This document shows, one piece after another, positions 32,419 through 42,205 of a stretch of 64,000 nt of DNA. Location: the NCBI GenBank assembly GCA_963668695.2, contig CAXXLQ010000004.1, positions 1 through 64,000 on the forward strand, written 5' to 3'. This DNA comes from Vicinamibacteria bacterium (GTDB lineage Bacteria; Acidobacteriota; Vicinamibacteria; Marinacidobacterales; Marinacidobacteraceae). A program made the position numbers and the translations under genes. The notes under the pieces were generated by a model. That model was not told where the DNA came from. It did no database searches and saw only the letters and a program-made list of their open reading frames with translations. How positions within the stretch are numbered: the first letter of the stretch is position 1; every line of letters starts with the position of its first letter.

Positions 32419-33492
32419 TCAGCCGGCCCGGCTCTCGCCGCGCCGGTACGCAAACGGCCACATATGAAAGTAGTCTTTTGCGTTCTCCCATAGTTTGGAC
32501 AGTCCCCGGGGCTCGAAGATCAGGAAGAGGATAATCACGACCCCGAACACGGCCTGCTGCGCATAGGGGAGGAGGGACGCCGCCTGGGGCGCGATATCCT
32601 GGATGGTCCGGCCCAGGTTGGCGATCATCGCCGGGAGCAGCGTGATCAGCGCCGCCCCCAGGAACGATCCTCGGATCGAGCCCAAGCCTCCCACGATGAT
32701 CATCGCCAGAAAGACAATGCTGGTGCTTAGCGTGAAGCGCTCCCAGGTGATGATGTTGCGGTAGAAGGCGATCATCGCCCCGGCGAGCCCCACGAAGAAC
32801 GATGAAGTCGCGAAGGCCAGCAGCTTGGTGCGGAAGACGTCCACCCCGATGACGCTCGCCGCGGTGTCCTGGTCGCGCACGGCCTCGAAGGCGCGTCCGA
32901 TGCGGCTGCGGAAGAGGTTGGCCGCGAAGAGCGCGGTTCCGGCTGCCGTGAGCACCGCGAGCCAGTAGAAGTTGAAGTTGCTGTTCAGGCCCAGGCCGAA
33001 AAGACGTGGCGCGGGCAGAACGATCGCCTCGGTACCGCCCGTCACCGCGGTCCAGTGGGTCATGCCCCACTCCACGATCTCCTGGGCGGCAAGCGTGGCG
33101 ATGGCCAGGTAGAGCCCTTTGAGCCGGAGCGACGGGAGCCCGAAGAAGGTGCCCGCGGCGGCGGTGACAATGCAGGCGCAGAACACGCTCGCGCCCCAGG
33201 GGACGCCGAAGTTCAGGGTCAGGAGTCCCGCGGTGTATGCCCCGATCGCCATGAAGGCGCCCTGCCCGAGGGAGATCTGCCCGGTGTAGCCCACGAGGAT
33301 GTTCAAGCCGATTGCCCCCACCGTGGCAATGGCCACCTGGTTCGCCAGATCTAACCAGTAGGGACTGGCCACGAACGGAAACACGAGTACGAAGAGGGCG
33401 AAGACCCCCAGCCGGATGCGCTGGGCGGGCCGCGGGCGGAGACCCATGTCCGACTCGTAGCGCGTGTGGAAGACGCCGCACTCCATGCTCAT
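32419..33492 (-). CDS. livM: Branched-chain-type ABC permease (LivM-like)
   Basis: GYTGQISLGQGAF, LRLKGLYLAIATLA, IVGGLGS. Confidence 0.9.
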   Translation of the reverse strand: MSMECGVFHTRYESDMGLRPRPAQRIRLGVFALFVLVFPFVASPYWLDLANQVAIATVGAIGLNILVGYTGQISLGQGAFMAIGAYTAGLLTLNFGVPWGASVFCACIVTAAAGTFFGLPSLRLKGLYLAIATLAAQEIVEWGMTHWTAVTGGTEAIVLPAPRLFGLGLNSNFNFYWLAVLTAAGTALFAANLFRSRIGRAFEAVRDQDTAASVIGVDVFRTKLLAFATSSFFVGLAGAMIAFYRNIITWERFTLSTSIVFLAMIIVGGLGSIRGSFLGAALITLLPAMIANLGRTIQDIAPQAASLLPYAQQAVFGVVIILFLIFEPRGLSKLWENAKDYFHMWPFAYRRGESRAG

Positions 33493-33589
33493 CGGGATGT
33501 CCTCGCGCCCCTCGGGCGCTCCCCGGCTGCGACCGCGATGCGCCTACATCGGGTGAGCGCCGCCCGTCGGTCGGTCCGCTGCGCCGTCC

Positions 33590-34462
33590 TCATACCCGTT
33601 CGATGATCTCCTTTCCGAAGAGGCCGTAGGGCCGGATCATGAGCACCAGGATCAAGACCAGGTACGGGACCACCAGGTTGAGTCCGTGCCCCACGTAGAA
33701 GCCGATGTAGACCTCGAGCAGCCCGATGATGGCGCCCCCGACCAACGCCCCCGCAATCGAGTCCAGCCCTCCGAGGATCACCACGGGAAAGACCCGCAGA
33801 CCGATGGATGCCACGTTGGGGCTCACTCCCACGATGTTGCCGAGCATGATCCCGCCGATCGCGGCGGAGGCGGCCGCCAGCCCCCAGGCAACTCCGAAGA
33901 CGCGTGGGATGCTGATCCCCATGCTGAGCGCCGCCTGCTGGTCGTCGGCGATGGCGCGCATGGCGATGCCGTCCCGGGTGTAGCGGAAGAAGAGCCCCAG
34001 CCCCGCCAGCACCGCGAGGGCGATGGGAATGGAGAGCACTCGCCCGGTCGAGAGCGTCGCGGGCCCGAGCACGATGTCGCCAGCGGGCAGAAACGAGTCG
34101 AACGCGCGCGGATTCGGGCCCCAGATGGCGTTGATGGCCCCCCTGAGGACGGACGAGAGCCCGATCGTCACCATGATCATGGAGATGATGGGCTCGCCCA
34201 CCAGGGGACGCAGCACCAACCGCTCGACGGCGAGCGCCACGGCGACCGCGAGGAGCAGCGTCACCAGCACCCCGAGGCTCCAGGGCAGGCCGGACTGGGT
34301 CACCGCGAAGAAGATCAGGTAGGTCCCCAGCAGGAGCAGGTCTCCCTGGGCGAAGTTGATGACATCGCTCGCCTTGTAGATGACCACGAAGCCGGCCGCC
34401 GCCAGCGCGTAGATCATCCCGGTGCTGAGTCCGGATACCGTCAGCTGGAGAAATATGTCCAT
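33590..34462 (-). CDS. livH: Branched-chain-type ABC permease (LivH-like)
   Basis: G.IYAL.A.GF..IY...VINFAQG, G.AMRA.A.D, ILGGLDS, RPYGLFG. Confidence 0.9.
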   Translation of the reverse strand: MDIFLQLTVSGLSTGMIYALAAAGFVVIYKASDVINFAQGDLLLLGTYLIFFAVTQSGLPWSLGVLVTLLLAVAVALAVERLVLRPLVGEPIISMIMVTIGLSSVLRGAINAIWGPNPRAFDSFLPAGDIVLGPATLSTGRVLSIPIALAVLAGLGLFFRYTRDGIAMRAIADDQQAALSMGISIPRVFGVAWGLAAASAAIGGIMLGNIVGVSPNVASIGLRVFPVVILGGLDSIAGALVGGAIIGLLEVYIGFYVGHGLNLVVPYLVLILVLMIRPYGLFGKEIIERV

Positions 34463-34524
34463 GCTCAGCGGCCTCGAGCTCGCCCAAACGGTTCGCCGTA
34501 TGCGATGCGGCGGTTCGTCATCAA

Positions 34525-34721
34525 CAGCCTTTGGAGAAAGTGGCGTGAGCACCGAGAACGGCGAGGCGCCTGGCTGACAAGGCGCGTGAGGGAGGAATAC
34601 CGAGTGTATTCCGACCGAAACGCAACGATGAGGGCCGCGCAGCGCCAGTTCTCCCGGTGGGGGGCCGTTTCAGCCGGGATGCATCGCCGTTCGAATGCCG
34701 CGTGACTTTCTCCACAGGCTG
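34525..34721 (+). mobile_element. MITE copy B, inside the ABC operon
   Basis: TIR CAGCCTTTGGAGAAAGT / ACTTTCTCCACAGGCTG; flanks TCAA/TTAA; internal hairpin GGAATAC-CGAGT-GTATTCC; one 21-mer at about 34644-34665. Confidence 0.85.
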
Positions 34722-36644
34722 TTAACCCGTTCCGTCCATCGTCTGGATGCGAAGCTCGTGCTTCACCGCCGCTGTGCGGCCGTCCTGATAGGTGATCTCG
34801 GTCGCCACCGCAACCGAATCGCCGTCTCCCTGCAGGGCGCCGATAATGTCCGCGAAGCGGCCGGCGATGTGGCGGCGCCTCACCTTGCGAGTGCGGGTCA
34901 GCTCCGCATCATCCGCGTGAAGCTCCTTGTGCAACAGCAGGTAGCGGTGGATGCGCGCCGCGGGTGGGAGCTCCTCGTTCACCTTGGCCACCTGCTCGCG
35001 CACCAGGTCGTACACCTCGGTACGGCGGGCCAGGTCGGTGAAGGTCGTGTAAGGAATGCGGCGGCGCTCCGCCCATTGTCCGGCATTCTCCATGTCGATG
35101 GCGATCATCGCGGTTACGAACGGGGCCCCTGATCCTCCGAAGACCACCGCCTCGCCGACGTAAGGGCTGAACTTGAGTTTGTTCTCGACGAACTGCGGGG
35201 AGAAGTTGCTCCCGTCCGCGAGCCTCATCACGTCGGCCAGGCGATCGATTACGACCAGGTGGCCGTTATCGTCGAAGTAGCCCGCGTCGCCCGAGTGCAG
35301 CCAGCCGTCCTCGAGCGTCTCCGCCGTCGCCGTGGGGTTGCGGAAGTAGCCCTGAAACACAGCGGGGCTCCTGCAGAGGATCTCTCCCTGCTCCGAAATG
35401 CGGATCTCGGTGCGGGGCAGCGGCACGCCCACCGTCTGGAAACGGACGTCGTCGTCCCGGTGAACCGCGGAGATCCCGGACACCTCGGTCTGGCCGTAGA
35501 GCTGCTTCAGGTTCACCCCGATGGCGTGGTAGAAGCGAAAGACATCGGGGCCGAGCGCGGCGCCTCCGGTGTAGGCGCGCCGCACCCTGGCGAGTCCCAA
35601 CTGGTCGCGGACGGGACGGAACACCATCCAGTCGGCCAGTCGGTGGCCAACTCTCCGGGCGAAGCCGACTCTCCAGCCCTGGACGCGGGCTTCGGCACTG
35701 GCGACGCCCTGCTTCATCGACCAACGGTAGATCCAGCGCTTGAGGCGGGTGGTGTCTTCGGCCATGACCTGCACGTCCGAGACCATGTTCTCCCAGATCC
35801 GGGGCGGTGACATCAGGAAAGCCGGCCCGATCTCGCGTGTGTCCTTGCGCGCGGTCGCCGTCTCCTCCGGGAAGTTCACCGTGAATCCCGCCAGCAACCC
35901 GCTCGCCACCGCCACCATCTGCTCGCCGATCCACGCGAGCGGAAGGAACGACACAAATTCGTCGTCCGCGTGCATCGCATCCACGCTCTCGAGCTGCGAC
36001 GCCATGGCGAGCAGGTTCTCGTGCGAGAGCATGGCCAGCTTCGGGACGCTGGTCGTGCCGGAGGTCGTACAGAGCAGCGCGATGTCGCCGGGCTGGACCG
36101 CTGCCAGCCTGCGGTCGAACTCCTCGGGCGATCGGCCATGAAGTCGGTCGCCCAGCGCTTCGACCTCCTCGAAGGAGATCAAACCTGGCGCCTGGTAGCC
36201 GAACATGCCGCGCGGCTCGTAGTAGACGATGTACTCGAGCCCGGGCAGCCGTTCCCGCACTTCCAGCACCTTGTCGACCTGCTCCTGATCCTCGGCCACG
36301 ATGACACGCGCCTCGGCGATCTCCAGCATGCGGGCAAGTTCGTCGGCGATGGCATCCTGATAGAGCCCCAGGGGGAGAATGCCGGCGGTCTGGGAGGCCA
36401 GCTCCGCGATCACCCACTCCGGTCGGTTGTCCCCGATGATCGCGACCCGGTCGCCTTCTTCCACACCCAACTCCGTCAGCCCGAGTGAGAAACTCCGCAC
36501 CCGCGCCAGGTACTCCGCCCAGGTGATCTCCTGCCAGATCCCGAACTCCTTCTCACGCAGCGCAACGTCGCCAGGACGGCTCGCGGCGTGATTCGCGAGG
36601 AGGGCGGGCAGGGTCCCGATCACGGTGAGTCCTCGTCGCGGCAT
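34722..36644 (-). CDS. Long-chain fatty-acid-CoA ligase (AMP-binding)
   Basis: TSGTTSVPK, YGQTE, GWLHSGDAG, ELT.T.KVRR; start uncertain (36623-36644). Confidence 0.9.
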   Translation of the reverse strand: MPRRGLTVIGTLPALLANHAASRPGDVALREKEFGIWQEITWAEYLARVRSFSLGLTELGVEEGDRVAIIGDNRPEWVIAELASQTAGILPLGLYQDAIADELARMLEIAEARVIVAEDQEQVDKVLEVRERLPGLEYIVYYEPRGMFGYQAPGLISFEEVEALGDRLHGRSPEEFDRRLAAVQPGDIALLCTTSGTTSVPKLAMLSHENLLAMASQLESVDAMHADDEFVSFLPLAWIGEQMVAVASGLLAGFTVNFPEETATARKDTREIGPAFLMSPPRIWENMVSDVQVMAEDTTRLKRWIYRWSMKQGVASAEARVQGWRVGFARRVGHRLADWMVFRPVRDQLGLARVRRAYTGGAALGPDVFRFYHAIGVNLKQLYGQTEVSGISAVHRDDDVRFQTVGVPLPRTEIRISEQGEILCRSPAVFQGYFRNPTATAETLEDGWLHSGDAGYFDDNGHLVVIDRLADVMRLADGSNFSPQFVENKLKFSPYVGEAVVFGGSGAPFVTAMIAIDMENAGQWAERRRIPYTTFTDLARRTEVYDLVREQVAKVNEELPPAARIHRYLLLHKELHADDAELTRTRKVRRRHIAGRFADIIGALQGDGDSVAVATEITYQDGRTAAVKHELRIQTMDGTG

Positions 36645-36690
36645 GAAAGCGCCCGGCTCTCGCCGCTCGCGACCTCGCGCGAGATTCGGC

Positions 36691-37551
36691 TCACGACCGT
36701 ACATCCGTCTGTCTCCCGGCGCCCCCTGCGCCCGCCAGTTCCCGGGTGTCGGCCGCTCTCCTGCCCAGGTAGGCATCGATGACCGCAGGGTCGTCCCGGA
36801 CCTCATTCGGACTCCCCTGCGCAATCCGGCGCCCGAAATCCAGCACCACGACCCGGTCCGCGATATCCATGATCACGTCTATGTCGTGGTCGATGACCAC
36901 CACGGTAACGCCCTGCTCCTCGTGAATGTCGAGGATGAACCGCGCCATCGACTCTTTCTCCTCGGCGTTCATCCCGGCCGTTGGCTCGTCCAGGAGGAGG
37001 ATGTGCGGATCGAGCGCCAGAGCGCGCGCCATCTCCACCAGCCGCTGGTTTCCGTAGGCCAGATTCCCCACAACGGCGCTCCGCAGCGGCTCCAGGTTCA
37101 TGAAGTCGATGACCTGCTCCACGTACTTGCGGTGCTCGATCTCCCAGCCGCGCTGGCGGCCCAGGTACAGGCCGCCGCTGAGCACGCCTCCCTTCATGTG
37201 CACGTGGCGGCCCAGCATCAGGTTCTCAAGCACCGTCATGTGCTTGAAGAGCTCGATGTTCTGGAAGGTGCGCGCGACGCCCAGCTCCGCGATGCGGTGC
37301 GGCGCGAGTCGGTGGAGCGCGTGCCGCGCCCCATCGCGGCCGGTCAGGGTGATGCTTCCCTCCTGCGGGCGGTAGAGGCCGGAGACGCAGTTCAGGACGC
37401 TGGTCTTCCCCGCCCCGTTGGGCCCGATGAGGGCCAGCAGCTCGCCGTCCCGCACGTCCATCGTGAGACCCGAGAGTGAGGTCACGCCCCCGAAGCGGAG
37501 GGTGACGCCCGAGAGTTCAAGGATGGAGTGCTCTCCGGCGGCCGGTTTCAC
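36691..37551 (-). CDS. livG: Branched-chain-type ABC ATP-binding protein (LivG-like)
   Basis: LIGPNGAGKTS, ARTFQN, LLLDEPTAGM, V..AYLG. Confidence 0.9.
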   Translation of the reverse strand: MKPAAGEHSILELSGVTLRFGGVTSLSGLTMDVRDGELLALIGPNGAGKTSVLNCVSGLYRPQEGSITLTGRDGARHALHRLAPHRIAELGVARTFQNIELFKHMTVLENLMLGRHVHMKGGVLSGGLYLGRQRGWEIEHRKYVEQVIDFMNLEPLRSAVVGNLAYGNQRLVEMARALALDPHILLLDEPTAGMNAEEKESMARFILDIHEEQGVTVVVIDHDIDVIMDIADRVVVLDFGRRIAQGSPNEVRDDPAVIDAYLGRRAADTRELAGAGGAGRQTDVRS

Positions 37552-37580
37552 GGCTCGGTTCCTGCCCACGGGATCATTAA

Positions 37581-37605
37581 CAGCCTGTGGCAAAACTCAC
37601 GCGGC
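37581..37605 (-). repeat. Solo MITE terminus
   Basis: TTAA-CAGCCTGTGGCAAAACTCACGCGGC is the reverse complement of the MITE right end; the rest of the element is absent. Confidence 0.7.
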
Positions 37606-37640
37606 CCAGCGGGGTGGCGCACCCCGGCCCGCAGGGCCGC
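37600..37640 (-). terminator. GC-rich stem-loop downstream of the D-aminoacylase gene
   Basis: cggggtg-gcg-caccccg hairpin nested in cgcggccc...gggccgcg; no U-tract. Confidence 0.3.
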
Positions 37641-37655
37641 GGAATCTACGCCGGA

Positions 37656-39296
37656 CTACTCGGGAACGAACCCCGGGCCGCGCAGCGCCCGGCCGGGAAG
37701 CGCCCGGGTGTACTCGCCCTCATCGACCACCGGGGCGCCGTTCACCAGGACGTACCGCATCCCGATCGAGTAGTGGAACGGGTCTTCGAAGGTGGCCACC
37801 CCGCGGATCGTCTCCGGATCGAAGATCGCCAGGTCGGCGAAGTTGCCTTCCACCAGCGTCCCCCGCTCCTCGAGTCCCAGGATCTCCGCGGGAAGCCCGC
37901 TCAGCTTCCGAATCGCCTCCTCCCAACTCAGCAGGCCTTCTTCGCGCACGTAGGTACCGAGGAGGCGGGGAACCGTCCCCAGATGCCGGGGATGCACGAG
38001 TGGGGGAAGGTTCTCCGAGTCGAGGTCGATGGTCCCGCCATCGGTTCCACCGGCCACGTACGGTTGGGCCAGCACCTGCCGCAGAGTGTCCTCTTCGTTG
38101 TTCCAGTCGATGACGATGCCGCGGCCCTCCTGCTCCAGAACCACGTCCATGAAGGCTTCCTCAGCGGGTTGGCTCCGCATCTCCGCCACTTCTTCGACCA
38201 GCTTCCCGTTGACCTCCGGATCGTCGACGCCGAGCCGGACGCGGTGCCAGCCGATGTTCGCCAGGTAAGGCGGCTCGGTGACGAAGTCGCCGGCGATGCG
38301 CTCGCGCACCTCGGGATCGCGCAGCCGTTCGAGCATCGCTTCGACGCCGCCCTCCTGCGCCCAGGCAGGGATGTAGTCGCTGAGTCCGGTGATGCCCCAG
38401 GTATAGGTGTAGCTGTCTCCGGTGATCTTGAGGCCTCGATCCCGGGCTTCGTCGATGATGGCGAGGAAGGTGTCCGCCTCGGTGGAGGAGATCGAATTCA
38501 GGTGGAAGAAGTGGACCGGGGCGCCCGATCGTTCGCCGATGGCGATGGCCTCGCGGATCGCTTCCGGGTCGGTGCCGTTCATGGTGCGGGCGTGGTTTGC
38601 GAAGATGCCGCCAACCGCGGCTGCCTCAGAGACGATGGCGGCGAGCTCATCGGTCGACATGTAGATGTTGGGCACGTAGCTCAGGCCGGCGGAGACTCCG
38701 AACGCCCCCTCCGACATGGCGTCCCGTACCAGTCCCAGCATCTGCTCGAGTTCCTCGTCGGTGGGCGCGCGGTCCTCGTAGCCCAGGACGTAGGCCCGGA
38801 CCGTTCCGGAGGCGACGTAGGACACCACGTTGATCGCGATGCCGGTTTCCTCCAGGTAGTCGAGGAACCCGCCCAAGGTCTCCCACTTCCCCTCCAGTTC
38901 CTCAGGCAGGGTGCTCTCGATCCGGCCGCCCCGCGGACCCATCGAGAAGGTCTCCCCATAGATCTCGGTCGTGAGTCCCTGAAACGCGAACGAAGGACCC
39001 TGGCCGCCGTCGAGCAGGCGCCGGACCTCGGAGTGGCTGTGCATGTCGATGAACCCGGGGGCCACGTAGAGGCCGGCGGCATCGATCGTCCGTTCCCCCC
39101 TGCCGTCGATTTCGCCGATCGCAACGATGCGATCCCCGTCGATGGCCACATCGGCGACGACGCCCGGCGCCCCGCTCCCGTCGAAGACGGTGCCCCCCCG
39201 GATCACCAGGTCGTAGTCGGGCGCGCAACCGGGGAGGCACACCGCCAGCACGAGACCGGGCCACGGAATAAGTTGCCGCACGCGTCCCCGTGCCAT
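37656..39296 (-). CDS. N-acyl-D-amino-acid deacylase (D-aminoacylase) family lipoprotein
   Basis: Lipobox LPGC; YDLVIRGG.V.DG.G, VAPGFIDMHSH, GA.G.S.GL.Y.P, PR..GT.PR.LG.YVR. Confidence 0.92.
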   Translation of the reverse strand: MARGRVRQLIPWPGLVLAVCLPGCAPDYDLVIRGGTVFDGSGAPGVVADVAIDGDRIVAIGEIDGRGERTIDAAGLYVAPGFIDMHSHSEVRRLLDGGQGPSFAFQGLTTEIYGETFSMGPRGGRIESTLPEELEGKWETLGGFLDYLEETGIAINVVSYVASGTVRAYVLGYEDRAPTDEELEQMLGLVRDAMSEGAFGVSAGLSYVPNIYMSTDELAAIVSEAAAVGGIFANHARTMNGTDPEAIREAIAIGERSGAPVHFFHLNSISSTEADTFLAIIDEARDRGLKITGDSYTYTWGITGLSDYIPAWAQEGGVEAMLERLRDPEVRERIAGDFVTEPPYLANIGWHRVRLGVDDPEVNGKLVEEVAEMRSQPAEEAFMDVVLEQEGRGIVIDWNNEEDTLRQVLAQPYVAGGTDGGTIDLDSENLPPLVHPRHLGTVPRLLGTYVREEGLLSWEEAIRKLSGLPAEILGLEERGTLVEGNFADLAIFDPETIRGVATFEDPFHYSIGMRYVLVNGAPVVDEGEYTRALPGRALRGPGFVPE

Positions 39297-39495
39297 TAGC
39301 GGCGCCCGCTTCCGGGAAGCGTCGCGGTCCCGGGATCCGTCAGGACCACATGGGGAAGGAGGTCGTCCATCGCCAGGTCGGCGCGGCGGACGATCCGGGG
39401 GGGCAATCCGGGGGGGCAAGGTCGGGATGATGTCGGAATCTAACACCTCATCGGTGTTGCCGGCGAAGAGCCGCCCGAGGAACGCGGTGATGCTG

Positions 39496-40731
39496 CTACC
39501 TCTCCAGAGGCGCCGGGTCCGGTGCGCCTCCACCGCTGTCAGCCCAGCGCATCGCGGCAAACGCTGCCGCCCCGAAGACGGCAAAGGCGCCGATCTGGAT
39601 ATACATGGTCCCGTCGAAGCTTTGGCCCACGAGCGCACCGAAAAACACCGCGATGAACGTGGAGAGCGAAGCAACGACTGCCGCTCCCACCCCCGCGAGG
39701 TGGCCGAGGGGCTCCATCGCGAGCGCATTGAGATTCCCGAAGAGCACGCCGCAGCACAGGAAGACGACGAGCAGGTAGGCCATGAAGAGCCAGAAGGGGG
39801 GCAGCCCTTCGAAGGCGAATAGCAGCATCCACGCCGCAACCGAGGCCAGGGTGAAGGCCACCGTCGCCGCCATCGAGAGCCGGTGCATCCCGTGCTTCAT
39901 CACGAGGCGGCCGTTCACGAGCGAGGCGCCGCCGATCGCGAGCGCAAGCACTCCGAACCAGACCGGGAAGAGCGCCCCGGTTCGATAGGCGTCCTGGAAG
40001 ATCTGCTGGGCCGAACTCAGGTAGGCGACGAACGGCGCAAATACGCACCCAGTGGCGAGGGTGTAACCGAGCGCGGCCCGGATTTTCAGGACTTGCAGAA
40101 TGCCCCTGCCGATGTCCCGCAAAGAGAAGGGTCGCCGGCGGGAGGCAGGCAGGGTTTCCGGCTGGCGCAGCGCAAACCACGCGAAGGCGATCGCGGCGAT
40201 CGCGAAGAACGTGGTGAAAATCGAGCGCCAGCCTCCGAGCCACAAGATCCCCTGGCCGAGGGCCGGGGCAACGGCGGGAATGAGGATGAAGACAGCCATC
40301 ACGAATGACATGAGACGAGCCATTTGGCGGCCTTCGTACTGATCGCGCACCAGGGCCAGGGTCACGATGCGCGGTCCCGCGGCCCCGATGCCCTGCAGGA
40401 GACGGCCCGCGATCATCGCCGTGAAGGTGGGTGCGAAGATGCTCACGAGGCATCCGGCCATAAACAGGACGAGGCCGGCATGGATGGCGGGCCTTCGTCC
40501 AATGCGGTCCGAGAGCGGGCCGAAGAGCATCTGGCCGAAGCCGAGCCCCACGAACAAGGCCGTGATGACGAACTGGGTGTCGTTCGGGCGCGGCACCCCG
40601 AGGTCGCGGCCGATCGCGGGCAGCGCCGGCAGCATCGTGTCGATCGCGAGCGCGACGAGCGACATCAGGAGGGCGATGAGGGGAACGAACTCGCCGAGAC
40701 GAAGGGCCGGCCCGGCTGCCGTCCGGCTCAT
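39496..40731 (-). CDS. Bcr/CflA family multidrug MFS transporter
   Basis: AIDTMLPALP, GQ..FGPLSDR.GRRP, 12 TM. Confidence 0.92.
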   Translation of the reverse strand: MSRTAAGPALRLGEFVPLIALLMSLVALAIDTMLPALPAIGRDLGVPRPNDTQFVITALFVGLGFGQMLFGPLSDRIGRRPAIHAGLVLFMAGCLVSIFAPTFTAMIAGRLLQGIGAAGPRIVTLALVRDQYEGRQMARLMSFVMAVFILIPAVAPALGQGILWLGGWRSIFTTFFAIAAIAFAWFALRQPETLPASRRRPFSLRDIGRGILQVLKIRAALGYTLATGCVFAPFVAYLSSAQQIFQDAYRTGALFPVWFGVLALAIGGASLVNGRLVMKHGMHRLSMAATVAFTLASVAAWMLLFAFEGLPPFWLFMAYLLVVFLCCGVLFGNLNALAMEPLGHLAGVGAAVVASLSTFIAVFFGALVGQSFDGTMYIQIGAFAVFGAAAFAAMRWADSGGGAPDPAPLER

Positions 40732-40869
40732 GCGCTCACCTTGCCGTCCGATACGGTCTGGTTTGCCGCCAGCCCGATCGGAACCCGCGAGCACCGGGGC
40801 CGGGACCGGTCAGGGGGTACAGGCGTCACCGGTCGCCGAACGCACCGCTCGAGGGTCCGAAATCGCCTG

Positions 40870-42205
40870 CTACTGCGGGGGTTTCGGACGCGACCGGTAC
40901 TTCTCGTAGAGCTGTAAGTGCCGGTTGTCGAGCGAGACCGGAACTCCATTCACGAAGACGTGTTCCACCTCGGTGCGGATCTCGAGCGGGTCCCCGTTGA
41001 CCACGATCAGGTTCGCGACTTTCCCCTCCTCCAGGGTTCCGAAGTCGGCCTCCAGCCCGAAGAGCTGCGCGGGAACCAGGGTGATCGCGCGGATCGCGGC
41101 GTCCGCTGGCAGCCCGTAACCGACCGCGTGCCCTGCCTCGTACGGCAGGAGCCGTGAGTTCGAGGACCCGAAGCTCGCGAAGGCCACCGTTACGCCCGCC
41201 GCGTGCAGTTCGCCCGGGGTGGTGAAGGGCCGGTCGTAGGGATCGTCCTCCTCCCCGGGCAGCCTCTGGGTCGGCCCGAGAATCACCGGGACGGCGTTCT
41301 CGGCGAGAAGCTCCTTCACTTTCCAGGCTTCGTTTCCGCCGAGCAGGATCATCTTCACCCCCTGTTCCTTGGTGAACTCGACGGCGTGGCGGATCTCCCG
41401 AGCGCCCTGCGTCAGGATCAGCAGAGGCATTTCACCCCCGACGACCGGACCGAGGGCAGCGAGCCGGATGTCACGCTCCCGCGCATCGGCTTCGCCAGCG
41501 GCGGCGTAGCGCCGCGCCGCGTCCAGCACTGCCGCCAGTTCCGCCACCGCCCGGTCGTATTCTTCCTCGGCCTCGCTGAAGGACCGCCGTCCGGCCTGGA
41601 ACGAGCCCGGGTTGAATGTCCGGGTCGAGTAGGTGGGCCAGGTCAGAACCATCCCCGCGGACGCGTCGATCCATCTCTTCCACGGTCCAGCCGTCGAGGT
41701 GGACGATGGACGCCTGGCCGCTGATGCCGGCCCCACCGCCGCCGAAGCCTCCAAGCCGGCCCGGAGCCACCACCGCGTGAGTAATGCCGTTCGCGCGCGC
41801 AACCGGCAGGTGCTCACTCGAGGGATGGACCGCGGTCGCCGCCTTCAGATGCGGGTTCATCTCGCCCAGTTCGACGGTGTCCACCGTCGCGCTGACGGAG
41901 CCGATCTCGGTGAGGCCGAGCTGGCTCACCGAGTCCATCATGCCCGGGTAGACGTCGAGCCCGGAGGCGTCCACCACCGTCGCTCCCGCCGGCGCCGAGA
42001 TCTCGTCGCCGATCTCGACGATCCGGCCGTCCCGGATCAGAATGGATCCCGACTCGATGGGCGCCGCTCCCTCGACCAGGGTGTGGATTCGCGCGTTCTT
42101 GATGAGCCAGGACTCTTCTTCCTGAGCCGTCGCCAGACCGCCCGCAAGTGCGAGCGCCAGCGGAACCGCGGCGAGCCGAAGCGCGCCTTTTCCAAGACCG
42201 GTCAT
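40870..42205 (-). pseudogene. Secreted amidohydrolase-like protein, frameshifted near 41671
   Basis: N-half (MTGLGKG...LDGWTVEEM) and C-half (IDASAGMV...GTLEEGKVANLIV) lie in different frames across atgg|atc. Confidence 0.75.

Noticed and set aside
41660-41685. Programmed ribosomal frameshift in the amidohydrolase-like gene
   Set aside because: No slippery heptamer or homopolymer at the junction
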